A stretch of 64,000 nt of DNA from Eledone cirrhosa (GCA_964016885.1 OZ024743.1:341310001-341374000), one strand, 5' to 3'. Counted from the first letter of the stretch, positions 27,679 through 41,424 are shown. The notes: generated from the sequence alone by a model not told the origin. Numbers and translations: made by a program.

Positions 27679-28660
27679 TTCTTCTTCTTCTTCTTCTTCT
27701 TCTTCTTCTTCTTCTTCTTCTTCTTCTTCTTCTTCTTCTTCTTTTTCTTCTTCTTCTTTCACATGGGAGACTCATGGGAGCAAAATCCTCAAGCATGCCT
27801 TCTAACGAGTCCTGTCAAAAGCAATTCTCACGAATTGATCCGGCTGTATCACTAAGTGAGACCACAGAGCTCATGTATGTTATCTGACCATCATGCTCAG
27901 CGCCTACCTGTGGGTTTCCTGTCGGTTGGCTTTTTTCCCGTAAAATATATCCAGCGATTTATTCCTGTGATATTCTAACCACATGTCCGAAATTTCGTCA
28001 CTACGATCTCTCAATTCGGAGGTCTAGCTATTCTACCTGGAGCGACACACTGATCTCCGATCTATGCACTCGATCGAATAACCTTTAGTATAGAGTTTAC
28101 CGGGGAAGCTTAACAAGGAAATCCCTCCATAAATGGAGCAATCTCTCTGGCCTCCCTTTTTCATTATTGGGCTTTTCACTTTCGATTGCCATTGCTCAGG
28201 TGCCTTTGCAAAGATCCAGGCCACCCGGCACACACGCGAGTAAACTAGAAAATATCTTCTCTGTTTTAGGATTTTAACATCTCTGGCCAAATTGGACCTC
28301 CCCTGAGGCTCTTCCATATTTGAGCTCTTTAATAGCTCTTGTGACCTCAGCCTCCGAGAGGTCAGTCATCGCTCTCAGCTAAATCTCTTTTACACCAGAA
28401 GATTTTTTTGTGGTTGGGTTTAGGAGATCAGCAATCAGTATTCTCTCCACCTCGCGAGGATGCACCTCTCTGAAGTGAAGAAATTCCCAGGCATATTCCT
28501 TATAGCAGGTGCGGAAGAGGACTTCTTTTTACGAAATCGGAGTATGGTCTACCAGAAAATTTTATTTGCTGATCTGAAATCGAATTCCAAGTTAGTCATA
28601 AATTCCTCCCAACTATTTAACTCTGGATTCCTTTATTGTCTCTACTCCGACTTTAATTTG
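27679..28660 (-). mobile_element. RTE-clade LINE fragment with (GAA)n tail
   Basis: Minus frame KKGGQRDCSIYGGISLLSFPGKLY. The 3' end matches 11268-11295 and there is similarity to the 59680-61640 element. Confidence 0.75.
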
Positions 28661-29179
28661 CAAAAATATATTCCAGGCATACACATCTGTTTGTGCGTGT
28701 GTGTAAGCGCATTTCTTTACGTTTGTGTGCGTGTGTGAAAGAGGAAGAGAGTGTGTGTATGTGTGTGTGTCTGAGAAAGAGAGTGTGTGTGAGAGAAGGA
28801 GTCTGTGTGAGTGCGTTTTTGTGAATGTGTGCGAGTGAGTAAGTGTATTTATGTATGTATGTTCGTGTTTATTAACAAACACTAAGAAAACTTCTAAGAG
28901 GCGAACATGGTTCGGCGCATTATATTAAGCACTCTGAACCACTAATATTTTCGGACCAGGGAGAGAATTCCGGGATCAAATTCTTGGCTTGATTTCATTT
29001 GTCTTGAAATAACAAACTATTACTACTATTAAACTATTGAACTTTATATGTTTGCAAGTTTCGTGATTTGAAATCTCTGAGGTTTAAGTAGTTATGCCAT
29101 AAACACACTACTGTATTATTATTGTCTGGTATCTTCCATCTATTTTCTCTCTCCTCGTCTTTTTTTACTGTCTATCTCC

Positions 29180-29252
<73 letters not shown>

Positions 29253-29437
29253 AAACACACATAAGAGATTCTGCGTCTGTGTGTTCGTATGCATGTATGT
29301 ATATGCACACACACATACAAACACACACACAAACACATACAATATATATATATATTAAGATAAGCAGAACAAGTAAAATTCAATCAATTTTTCAAAATAC
29401 ATTAAAAAATATAATATAAATATTTACCTCTCCTAGT

Positions 29438-29520
29438 GGCCCTTACTGATCAGTTTCGCTTTGTAAAACCTCATAAATCCGATGGATTTATGATGGAAAA
29501 CCAAAGCTCATCAGAGAAGC
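29438..29520 (-). ncRNA. Type I hammerhead ribozyme motif (canonical core)
   Basis: Minus strand reads ttct CTGATGA gctttg...tcataaatcc-atc-ggatttatga...caaagc GAAA ctgatcag TA aggg. Stem II has a 6-bp base plus a 10-bp distal hairpin, and stem III is palindromic (ACTGATCAGT). Confidence 0.82.
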
Positions 29521-29677
29521 ATTTTCCCTTCCTAGGGCTAAACGTCCCAGGAACGACAAAATATACAACCTCCTGCCAGCTAATAAAGGTCTGAAAGGTC
29601 GTAAAATTGACCCGTATGTAAACTGGACCGAAGTAAAAGCGGGAAAATCAAAGACTTGCTGTCTACAATTACTACTA

Positions 29678-29715
<38 letters not shown>

Positions 29716-31149
29716 TAATTATATACGTATATATATGTATGTATATAAAATGGATACACATGCCTGCACACACACGCGTGCACACAGACACACATGTATA
29801 TATATATATGTGTGTGTGGTGTGTGTGCGTGTGTGACATTGAGTGTTGAACAAGGAAATAATTAGAAGAGAAAAACAGGAAACTAGCTGAATATAAATAC
29901 ATGAACAGTGTAATGTTTTATGTAAATAGCACTAAATCTGATTAATCGTCATGTTTTAAAATGCTTCTTACAATTTCCTGCATAAATTTACATTAAAATC
30001 TAAATTTTGTATTCAGAGAGAAGATATATTTATGTAAATAGGTATCAGTCCATTACACTCGTGGCATTTCTATAGTGGTTTTCCAGTCTGAAACCAGCCC
30101 TCCAAGATAGATTAACAACTTCCTATATGATTTACACATGAGCGTAGGAATTGTAATGTTTACTCAGTGTTTGTAAAAGCGTTTATTCTAATTTTTTTTT
30201 ACAGCTGATTTGAATAAAATATACGCAAATTTGATATAAAATTAGATAGTTTTATTGATGTCATTCAAAATTCATATCAAAATTATTGATTGAACTTCTT
30301 TAAGTGCGCAGCAGGTCAACGTATCCTAGTAGAGAAAAATGTGTCATTTCAATTATCAAGGTCAGAAAAGATTTCCGCTCCGAAGAGGGACTATCTCTCT
30401 ATAAAGCTAAATCGAGCGCCCCAATGATATCCAATTTGATCTGGAACGGCGTGGCTGCTAACTCATGTGAACCTTCTAAAACACTGGCATAAACGTCCTC
30501 CCGTTCGATTGATATGAAACTGTTAAACAATATACTTTAATTCATATCGTAGAGTTACGCTTGCCTTTCATACTTTCATAATTTTGTAACACCATACTAC
30601 AATGGCGTCTATCTAACTGGGCTATTTTATTGTGTATGCGCCAACCGAAAGCCACAACATTCCCCTACTAATCTCATATATTGTATCTCATTTTTTCGTA
30701 CTAATTACGTATATGAGTCTTCCTTTCAAACCGAATCTCACTGGAATTATTTCTTCATCGATGTTTTTCCTACATGTATCGATTTCCAGCTTATCAAGAT
30801 GCACACCAACTGCATCGATCTTACATCGATCTCTTCTGGTAATAGTTCAGTCAAAAACAAACATATATTAAAGTAATTGAAATGTAAAACAAACATATTC
30901 AATATACAAAATCTCACAATGTCATGAAAAACCATCGACATTTAAAAAAATTATTCAGCAGTATCTAATAAATACAAACACACTATTAAAGGGAACAAAA
31001 AGGGAAGAAAAATGTGAATGAGAAGAAGAAAACGAGGATAAATGATTAAGCAACAAAAGAAGGTAATGGTGGAGGGAGAGACGATACAACCCCCATGTGA
31101 GCGGTGCCTCAGCCGTGCTCCACGGACAAAATGGGAAAGCCATTATCGC

Positions 31150-32040
31150 AGAGAATGACCAGAGACACACAGTGCAACAGCCATTCTACGTCAAGGACTT
31201 CCTCCTCAAGTGGGCGGCCGTCTTACCGACTTTACAGAGGAAATCAGCAGTGCGGGGACCAAGATCCTGACGGTCAGTAAGAGGAGGCGGTCGGTCAGGC
31301 TTCGTAATTTGACTATATTTCTCTCCTCTGCATTGCGGAGAGTGGAACCCGCGTTTATGACCGAAGCGACAAGGCTGGAGACGGAGAACAAGTCGCTGCA
31401 CGTCACTGCCTAAATTAGAGATTTACCCCATCTAAAAGTAAGAGGGTTAATCCATCGGGTCACTTGCTATCACCACGGTCGAGGCCAGCGGGCTCCAATT
31501 GCGATGGGAAGCCGATTGCGTCGAGGCACCGTTTGATGATGATGTCGTTCGGAGCGGTGTGATGAGGGAGCCGGCCTGCACTATGGTGACAAGGTAACGG
31601 ATGCAAACGGAACGCGTCAACCACAGTGAGGCGAAAGGTAAGCAGGTATGACAGTGGACGTGCATTTGAGGTCGTACCAGTTACCTTGGACATCTGTACA
31701 CTAGGAGCATCAAGGGCTTCGTCGGTCCAATCAGCTAAAGCTCTCCAGTTCCCGGGATGCGCGTCAGATTCCGACGGCTCGCGCAGGATCTCTTTGATGA
31801 AGGAGCGGCTGGAAGAGATTGAGGAAAAATAGACTGGCAGTGCGAAATCAAGATTGGATCGGATGCTGAAGTCACCGAATCTCACAGTTATTTTCACCTG
31901 TTGCCAACCGGCACTGTCAATGCAAATACTGCAGATCAAGTCAGCAAAGCGTCGGATAGTGGCATCGAGTTGGACGAGTCGACCTCTTAGACGGTGGCAA
32001 GGTGTTTCTCATAGCGGGAACAAAGAAGCAGTTCCTCAGG
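31150..32040 (-). mobile_element. CRE-like non-LTR retrotransposon fragment (zinc knuckle + restriction-like endonuclease)
   Basis: HPLPCHHSAGRLPHHTAPNDIIIKRCLDAIGFPSQLEPAGLDRGDSK*PDG resembles the CRE-clade H-x-x-x-C...RH...LEP.GL.R.DGKRPDG signature. Confidence 0.7.
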
Positions 32041-32069
32041 AGGAGGAAGAGCAGAGTGTGCGTACCACT

Positions 32070-33145
32070 ATTGTGTGTACCGCTAAAGTGTGTACCGCTA
32101 AAGTATGTACCGCTACAGTGTGAACCGCTAAAGTGTGTACCGCCAAAGTATGTACCTTTAAAGTGTGTACCGCCAAAGTATGTACTCCTAAAGTGTGTAC
32201 CACCAAAATATGTACCGCTAAAGTGTGTACCGCCAAAGTATGTACCGCTCGCTAATGTATGTACCGCTAAAGTGTGTACCACCAAAGTATGTACCGCTAA
32301 AGTGTGTACCACCAAAGTATGTACCCCTAAAGTGTGTACCGCCAAAATATGTACCGCTAAAGTGTGTAGCGGTAAAGTGTGTACCGCCAAAGTATGTACC
32401 GCTAAAATATGTACAGCTAAAGTGTGTACCGCCAAAGTATGTATCGCTAACGTGTGTACCGCCAAAGTATGTACCGCTAAAGTATGTACCGCTAAAGTGT
32501 GTACCGCCAGAGTATGTACTGCTAAAGTGTGTAACGCCAAAGTATGTACCGCTAAAGTGTGTACCGCCAAAGTATGTATCGCTAAAGTGTGTACCGCCAA
32601 AGTATGTACCGCTAAAGTGTGGACCGCCAAAGTATTACCGCTAAAGTATGTACCGCTACAGTGTTTACCGCAAAAGTGTGTGCCGCCAAAGTATGTACCG
32701 CTAAAGTCTGTACGGCCAAAGTATGTACCGTTAAAGTGTGTACCGCTAAAGTGTGTACCACCAAAGTATGTACCGCTAAAGTGTGTACCGCCAAAGTATG
32801 TACCGCTAAAGTGTGTACCGTCAAAATATGTACCGCCAAAGTGGGTACCGCCAAAGTATGTACCGCCACAGTATGTACCGCTAAAGTGTGAACCGCCAAA
32901 GTATGTACCGCCAAAGTATGTACCGCCAAAGTGTGTACCGCCAAAGTATGTACCGCCAAAGTATGTACCGCCAAAGTGTGTACCGCCAAAGTATGTACCG
33001 CCAAAGTATGTACCGCCAAAGTGTGTACCGCCAAAGTGTGTAACGCCAAAGTATGTACCGCCAAAGTGTGTACCGCCAAAGTGTGTAACGCCAAAGTATG
33101 TACCGCCAAAGTATGTACGGCTACAGTGTGTACCGCTACAGTCCG
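32070..33145. repeat. 15-bp minisatellite aaagt(g/a)tgtaccgc(c/t), about 70 copies, partly with 30-bp higher-order alternation
   Basis: The tandem periodicity is directly visible. Confidence 0.97.
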
Positions 33146-34678
33146 CTATCGAAATAACGTTTCTTTAATCTTTAGAATTACGTTAAAATAATGTGTTATC
33201 CTTACTATATACATATTGTAATTGTAATAATCTCTCATTTTCGGCGGCGAGCATACTAAATTATATTTATGATACACAGAGATACTGTTAGACAATAAAC
33301 TCAGTAGCTTAATGGAGAGCTTTCGTTTAAATAATTTGTTGTTTTTTTGTTTTTCAATAACGAAAATGAATGAATCTTGCTATTTTGATTTGTTGCATTT
33401 CTTCTTCTCATAGATTGTCTGATAGATTGTCTGAAAACGTTAGATTGTCTGAGATTACTGCGCTACTTATATTAATGGTTTACTTTGTAATTATTTTGGG
33501 GGTCTTTTTTCTTTACATATGTTGCGTGTTGTCTCGGATATCACTCATAGGTTGGTCAAGTATTGTGTGCTGAGTCCCATTCTGTTGTTGATTTGTGGGT
33601 TGAGCCTACTTGTAAGTTGTGTTTACTTCGTCGTCAAGTCACCCATATATCTCTATTTGTGATGCTAGAGCCGTAGAATCCTCCATGCATTAATTCCAAA
33701 TCTTCTTATTAATAACTACTTTGTTTCTTTCGAGGGACTATATTGAAAAGTAAAGCAAATTTGGTCAGTCCATGAGAATATATTCGTCAGCATATGCACT
33801 TTTTTGGCCTATGAATTATCAACTGACCCTCGTACATTCAAATATTTATTGCGGTGATTATGATCGCATAATAGTTGAATATGTTGAACCGAATCAGTGA
33901 ATAGTCTAATTCGTTTTTATTGTTATTGATTGTACATGTATGGAACTATTGATTGTACGTTCATGAAACTAAACCCTCACCACATCTCCCTAACCTTAAA
34001 CGTGGATAACACGCAATTAGAACTCTTTCGGGTCGCTCTAAATGCTAGGCTTCACACTGCTAAAACTTCCACGTTTGAACGCTCATCGTAAACATAGCTT
34101 AAACATAGCTAGAACTATATCTAATAGACTGGATCTTTAATTCAAAATAAAAAAAAATCCTATAGCCAGACCTTCAAAAATTCTGGCCATGTGTAATGTG
34201 GTAAACCCCGCAATAGAGTAATAGTCCCACATCTGGCACGGTGCTGCTGCGACACATACAAACATCTTAAACCGCATCGGAAAACAAAAAGATTCTCTCC
34301 TGAATCACTGTCAGACACGCTACCGACAAATACTCTGGGCAACAAATACTCTGTCTCCTCTCTCTTCCTTTCCTACCGCTTCTACAATAGGCCCCTCTCA
34401 GACATGTCAGTTTCATACATCTCCAAACTCTCATATATTATGTCCTCACTAACGATTACACCAAATAATTTCTTCCAAAATCTCAGTAATCTGGAATTCG
34501 TAACCTACACATAGATTCCATGCAGGAGTCGATATGAAGCAATTTAAGCAGAACATAACCAGCGTCCATCCAATGAGCCTCAGATGGCCTGCAAAGATCA
34601 TGGACACAGCGCCTTCCTCGAGAACTAACAACATAAGTGAAATTGACACGAAAATCAATAACTGAAATGTACACTCTT

Positions 34679-34788
<110 letters not shown>

Positions 34789-35559
34789 TGGGTGAGCGGG
34801 TGTGTTTGTGTGTGTTTAGGTGTGTAAGTGCGATAACGAATTACGTATGCATCCCCACTGCGCTAACATTTGTATTTACATACATACGTACGTACATATA
34901 TATCATCTCTGCCTTTGTTATTTTTTAATGAAGTGACATTTGATGTATGTGCAGGGTAAGAAATTGCTCCACGGAGAGAGAGAGGGGGCGGATGGAGATA
35001 AAGTAGAAATATATAACGATAAAGAGACCATTCGTCATGACAACAAACGCAGCACACCGCTTGAAGAAACGTGAGAAAAAGAAATAGATAACGAGAGAGT
35101 GAGAGAGGGGGGTCAGAGATATAGAGAGAAAGAGAGTCAGAGAGAGAGAGAGAGTGGAAATCAGAAAGAGGGAAAATAATAAATGAATACGAATGTGTAA
35201 TGGAAAAAGGCGTAAAAATGTGATGTCGGGCAAAAAAGGGAGACAAATGATTCTTCCATAAAACTAAAAGTGGGATGGTCGAAACGGTACATATGCACAC
35301 ACGTTTAGATATACATACATACATGTATATATCTCTATGTAGGATAAGAAACTCCTAGAAGAGCTGGACAATAGAAGTTCTTCAGAGAAGAAATCCCGCT
35401 CAAGCAAGTATTTGGGCTCCTAACTCCTTACCCTCTAAGGAGGCCGGGCCGCATTCAGGACATTACATTGGGTGCCCTTCTGCTAACCATTAATCATTTG
35501 GATGTCGGAGACTTGCTGAGTATTTAAACCGTATGGTCATTTTGGTGGCATGATCTAGC

Positions 35560-36470
35560 TAGGAACACTTCTCCGATGCCTCTGCTTACAAAGGTATATT
35601 TTGTAGTCATTGTAGCGGTGAGATGTTAACAGTTTTGCTGGCGCCGCCGCCAACACAACGAGCCACGACTCACCGAAAATTACTTCCTTCCGCTTGCGTT
35701 CAAATACAAACACAATGCCGTTCCGCTGCTTCTGATATTACCTTTAGGGCTTTGGTCCTCATCTTCCCAGGGACTGGAATTTGTTTCAAGAGTTTGTAGG
35801 AAGATTTGCCCACAAAGCCTGTGTCACGAGCCTCCATGGTGAGAACTTTGACTCGGATGTCAGCTTTCTTCAGGCTGTTAGCTAAACTGGCGTATTTTTC
35901 GGTCTTGAGTACGTGAGTTTCTTCTAATCTACTTTCAAATATTTTGAAAAACTGGAATGGTTGTTTTGCCAAATCTGGATGGTCTGCTGTACATTCAGAA
36001 GTCTTGATACATGTGCCCTTTATGGAATAGAGGTTTCTGGCCATGATTTGCTGGGTTTTAATTTTGTTCGTACTTTTCACATGTACAATCTCCTTCGGTA
36101 CTTGATTATGTCTTCATGTGTATCTAACATGCTCTAGTACTATTCTGCATAAGATCAGAATGTGTTACTAAGTCTGTCGACCCTGGCATATTTGGCATTC
36201 GCGGTTATCTTATTTGCACCACTTGACTAAATTCGTATTCGAGCAGGGGAGATCATAGACAGGTGTGAGGAGAAAACTGACTCAGAGAGGCACCAATGCC
36301 ACATGTCTTTCCAACTGAAACACTTCTGGAGTGCACCTTCCGACGTCACTAACTGGTCCAGTGGGCTCTGCTGAACTGCCTTCCGGAGTCTTCAGGAATC
36401 CTCTTCTCCCTTCATCTGCTTGAAAATTAGTCTCTCCTAATCTTACCCGTCTCCCCTAACCTCCGTTTTA
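35560..36470 (-). mobile_element. HERO-like non-LTR retrotransposon 3' fragment (zinc finger + restriction-like endonuclease)
   Basis: Broken frames give FLLTPVYDLPCSNTNLVKWC..CQICQG..HILILC..RYT*RHNQV and KTEKYASL...GFVGKS...ISEAAER. Confidence 0.7.
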
Positions 36471-36511
36471 TTTTGTTACGCCCAGTCCACATGTATGTAT
36501 GTCTGTGTGAT

Positions 36512-36715
36512 TATCTAGATCCCGAGTTAAATAGGGGGGTAATCACAGTTAATAAGGTACTCAAAACATTAGTAGAGTGATAACATCAATAAGTAATATA
36601 GACATGGCTTATACGGGATTAGAACTGTTTCATTTGTATGAAATAATCATCAAAATGCGCATCTCTGATGATTTCATATGAACGAAATAGTTGTAGTCAT
36701 GTAGAAGCCATTTCT
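36512..36715. repeat. Small dispersed element with two divergent degenerate hammerhead-like motifs
   Basis: Plus strand 36665 reads CTGATGA tttcatatgaac GAAA tagttgtagtcatg TA gaagcc. An inverted related copy lies at 36605-36653, and a third related copy at about 38030-38130. Confidence 0.5.
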
Positions 36716-36809
36716 ATATTATATATATTATATATATATATATATTATAAAGAAAACGAAAAATCAGTGATGCATCTGCTACCACTATACACCATAGCTA
36801 CCACTATAC

Positions 36810-36850
<41 letters not shown>

Positions 36851-38607
36851 AAATGAACGAACAAAACACAGGATGCAATTGTACACAGTTATATTGTGGA
36901 AGTGGAGGTGGTGGAGGATATATATGTAGGAATGTATGTGTATGCATTTAGGTGCATATGTGTGCATGTATGTTTGTGTGTGTGTTTGTGAATGTTTGTA
37001 CGTATGAGTGTGTGTGTTTGTGTGCGTGTGTGTGTGTGAGTGCGTGCGCGCGTGTGTGTTTGTGTGTCTGCCTGTCTTTGTAACACATATTGCTAACTGG
37101 AAAATTACATAGCCATATAATGCGATGAAATTGAAAAGTGTGGTAATTTGATTTACAAAGTCTCCACCATTTTGAAACACTAGTTAGTTTAGTTAGCAAA
37201 CACAATATTTTTTCCCATGTAATATTGTTACTATTATTAAATATTTTAATATTCAAACCTGAATGAGAATTGAAGATAATGTATTTTAACCATTAAATAG
37301 TGTTATAAAGAGTGAGACAAACAAGGAAAATACGTACTTCTTTTGAAATCAAAAGTTATTCCAATAATCTGAAATTAGTGAAATATATTTGAAAACAATT
37401 TATTTTGGAAAAGAAAATGTTATAGAGTAAACATGAAAAATGAAATATGTTTAATTCGTTTTAAATCAAAAGGAATTCAAGCTATATATTAGTAAAGAGG
37501 ACTACACAGTGGTGAAACTATTAAAGAGAAAGTTAAAAATAATAAACAGGAAAGAGAAACAGAAAAAGAAGGAGAAAATGTTTAAGTAATTAAAAGGAGA
37601 TAAAGGAGAGGGGGTGTTAAATTCTGCACTATTGGCGGGGTAGTATATCTCAGCGCCGTGGAGAACAATCTACAACAGGCCCTGCATCAACTATTCCGCT
37701 CAGGCGGATTCACTTCTGATTTTACGGAAAATGGCAGCATCATTTGAAATAGAAAAACACAGGAAAAATAAAATAATTAACATCTTCCATTCTATTACAG
37801 GCACGATCATCTCTAAACGCGCGGTCATATTGGCAACATATTTGCATATAACTAAAACAGACCACCGAAAAGACTGTACATTCTACAAAGCACATATACA
37901 GTAGCCCCCACACTAAAACACACACACAAATAACAAATTACACACCTGCACTCACACACAAACATGTATATACATACATACACACACACATATGTATATA
38001 TATATATTTATATATATATATGTGTGTGTGTATCCCGGGTTGAAGTAGGGGTGACTATAGAGAAAAGGGCTTTCCTGGTGGTTTCCTTTGAATGAAATAG
38101 TTCTAGTCCTGTAGCTGCCAGTTCTATATGTGGTTGGTTTTTCATTTTAATTTATCCTTTTAATTACAATGTTTTTACCAAACCTCTCGTAGTTTATATG
38201 TTCTTCATGCTAGTGGTCTTATAGATCCTGTATATGAAAACACACTCTCCTGTGTTTTCCTTTCTATATAGTGTATATATATATATATATATAAAGTTTA
38301 GTAAATCTGAAGAAAACTGGTGACAGAACCAAAGTCAGCACTCGATGCAGAGCAGATTGTATACAATAAGAACAAAGTGGACATGTTACATGGGACATGT
38401 ATTGTTCAATCCTGATTACAAATCCAAGTCTGCCTGATCCTGGATTCAACAAAAAATTACATCAAATCTGTGGTCGATGCCCTCCCGCATTACGAGCCAG
38501 TTGCTTGAGAAAGATTTGTAACTGGGATTCAGCAATACATGTCCTATGTAACATCTCCAATTTGTTCTTCTGATATATACATATATATATACACACACAC
38601 ACACACG

Positions 38608-38688
<81 letters not shown>

Positions 38689-38699
38689 AATAATAATAA

Positions 38700-38843
38700 A
38701 TTAGAAGATTAAAATCCAAAGAGGGCTCGATAAGGATAAATATATATCAAATATATAAGAACCATAGAGCAAAGATTTATTAAAATAACAGATTAAAGTT
38801 TAAGCAGAGAATCGCTGTTTTCACTCTTAACGGTATCTTCTGA
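38700..38843. repeat. Dispersed short repeat family (also about 49750-49800 and 63163-63265)
   Basis: Shared sequence aaaatcc..agagggctcgataagg and tttattaaaataaca.attaaagtttaa. Confidence 0.75.
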
Positions 38844-39079
38844 TATATATATATGTATATATGTCATATTTTCCTGTGTCAGTTTTCTCGTTGCTTTGGT
38901 CCCTGCGGCTGGCTTACTGGTCGCTGTCTTCAATTTGCAAAGCTGTCTAAACGTAATGATATAACTCTAATGTAAAATACCTTATTGAATGCTTAGCCGC
39001 ACATTCCGATTCCATTCGTTAGCTTAGCTGGAGCCAGCGCTTCGATTATGCTGTACTTCCATTTATATATGTATACGGT

Positions 39080-39161
39080 TAAAGCGGTTAAACCAGTGTT
39101 CTAAATAGCTTGCCAAGTCATGACTTGGCAAGCTATTTAGAACACTGGTTTAATCGCTTTA
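39080..39161. repeat. 41-bp-arm palindrome with no loop
   Basis: taaagcggttaaaccagtgttctaaatagcttgccaagtca|tgacttggcaagctatttagaacactggtttaatcgcttta, with one G/T mismatch. Confidence 0.92.
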
Positions 39162-39476
39162 CTTCCCTCCGAAGAAGATATATTATCTCGAAAATTAAGG
39201 ACATTTAAATAAATCTAAGGTAAAAGACTAATTGTCAACAATATCTTTTGCATTTGCATTCTTTATTCTATGCCCATACCTGCATTGTTCCGGCTTTATT
39301 ATACATATACAAACGTTTATACCTCATTACACAATGCTTCAAGTGAACTATAACCTCCTCCATGTATATAAATATATCGAGTGAGTGTAACGTGAAATTA
39401 CTGTAAGTTCACCCAGGTGAGCACTCGATGTTTAAATAGACGTCTGTAGCGAGGTGTATACTTACACAGAGTGTAA

Positions 39477-39777
39477 ATATAATAATACAAGTACGATTTG
39501 TTATGCCTTCATCACGCTTATTGATTGGTGACAAGCGTTTCGCTATTGATCAGCTGAAGGTTCGATCTATATCGATGTAGCCCGACTCTGGAATCAAATG
39601 CTCATTGGACCTCAGTTGTTGCAATGTCATTAAAACAGCAGAGGTCCGACGAGCTTTTTATTCCAGAGTCGGGCCAGATCTATACAGATCGAATCTTCAG
39701 CTGATTAATAGCGAAATGCTTGTCACCAACCAATAAACGTGATGAAGGCATAACAAATCGTCCTTGTATCATTATAT
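39477..39777. repeat. Imperfect inverted repeat, about 140-bp arms
   Basis: The arms pair end to end (e.g. gatttgttatgccttcatcacg / cgtgatgaaggcataacaaatc; gcccgactctggaat / attccagagtcgggc). Confidence 0.92.
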
Positions 39778-39807
39778 ATAAATAGATATATATGCATATA
39801 TATATAT

Positions 39808-39856
<49 letters not shown>

Positions 39857-39887
39857 CATACATACATATATAGATATATATATATAC

Positions 39888-40127
<240 letters not shown>

Positions 40128-40205
40128 TTTATTCCTAATTATTTTATTCCTAATTAAACCATTTTTCAACTGTGAACAATTTGTCAGCATTTTCTATTCC
40201 GTTTA

Positions 40206-40250
<45 letters not shown>

Positions 40251-40334
40251 AAAGTTATATTTAAATTGTTGTGTTACAACTAGTAAATATTTATAACTGA
40301 TATAAAAGCACTCGACAAATATTTGGAGTATATT

Positions 40335-40565
<231 letters not shown>

Positions 40566-40756
40566 GATGCTGAAAAGTGCGTATGTGTGTTTAGAATGAT
40601 TTACAATGCAAGTTAGTTAAATTTCCAAAAGATAACAAGTCAGAAGGGAATTGCGAGAGGAAGAAAAATTGGGAGAAGGAAAAAGGAAAAGAAAAGAAAA
40701 AAGGAAATATGACTGAAAATTACCGTAGCAAGTTTTAGGATTATCTATACATTATT

Positions 40757-40950
40757 AGGGCGGTGAATTGGCAGTATCGGTAGAGAGTCGGACACCATGC
40801 TTTGACGCATAGAGTTACGGCCCTAGCCATTCTGTGTTCAAATCTCGCCGAGGTTAACTTTACCTTTCATCCTTACGGAGTCGATAAAATAAAGTACCAG
40901 TAATGTACTGGGTATTTGCTGGCCTTGTGCCAATAGTAGAAACAATTATT
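40757..40950 (+). mobile_element. tRNA-derived SINE
   Basis: A/B boxes, core and tail as in the other copies. Confidence 0.88.
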
Positions 40951-41424
40951 AAAGAGAGAGATAGGAAGAAAGTGAAAGCGGTGGAACTCTCGGTTTTCAC
41001 TGGAGCACCTCTACGGCCCCGCTCCTGGTTATGGCACTAGGAAAAATGTTATGAGCATTTTATAACTAAGTTAATTTCAGTTGTTCTTTCTATTCTTTTA
41101 TTTTCGTTATCCCACTTTTGCCTTCTCTCCTAATTCCCTTGTGTGTTGTTAGATTGGTAATCCAACCCACTTGCATTGTACGTCTTCACCAATCAGACAT
41201 ACGCACTTTTCAGTTTCCTATTCCACAATGCTCCAAGCAAAGTATCCCACGTTATGCAATCTGTCCAAGTTTTTGACTATCTTCACTAAACGCTTACTTA
41301 CTACGAGACACCGAGGTACGGGAGATATTATCTTTCATAAATAATCTATCAACAAAAACTGTTTATTTACAAAACATATATAATGCACACAAAATATTCT
41401 ATTAACGTACAAACAAAAAATGGC

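Noticed and set aside
31941-33191. Long repetitive ORFs (CVPPKYVPLK / VCTAK / AVHTL), and a superficially CRISPR-like look
   Set aside because: These are by-products of a stop-free 15-bp minisatellite. They are open on both strands, and there are no unique spacers or cas genes.
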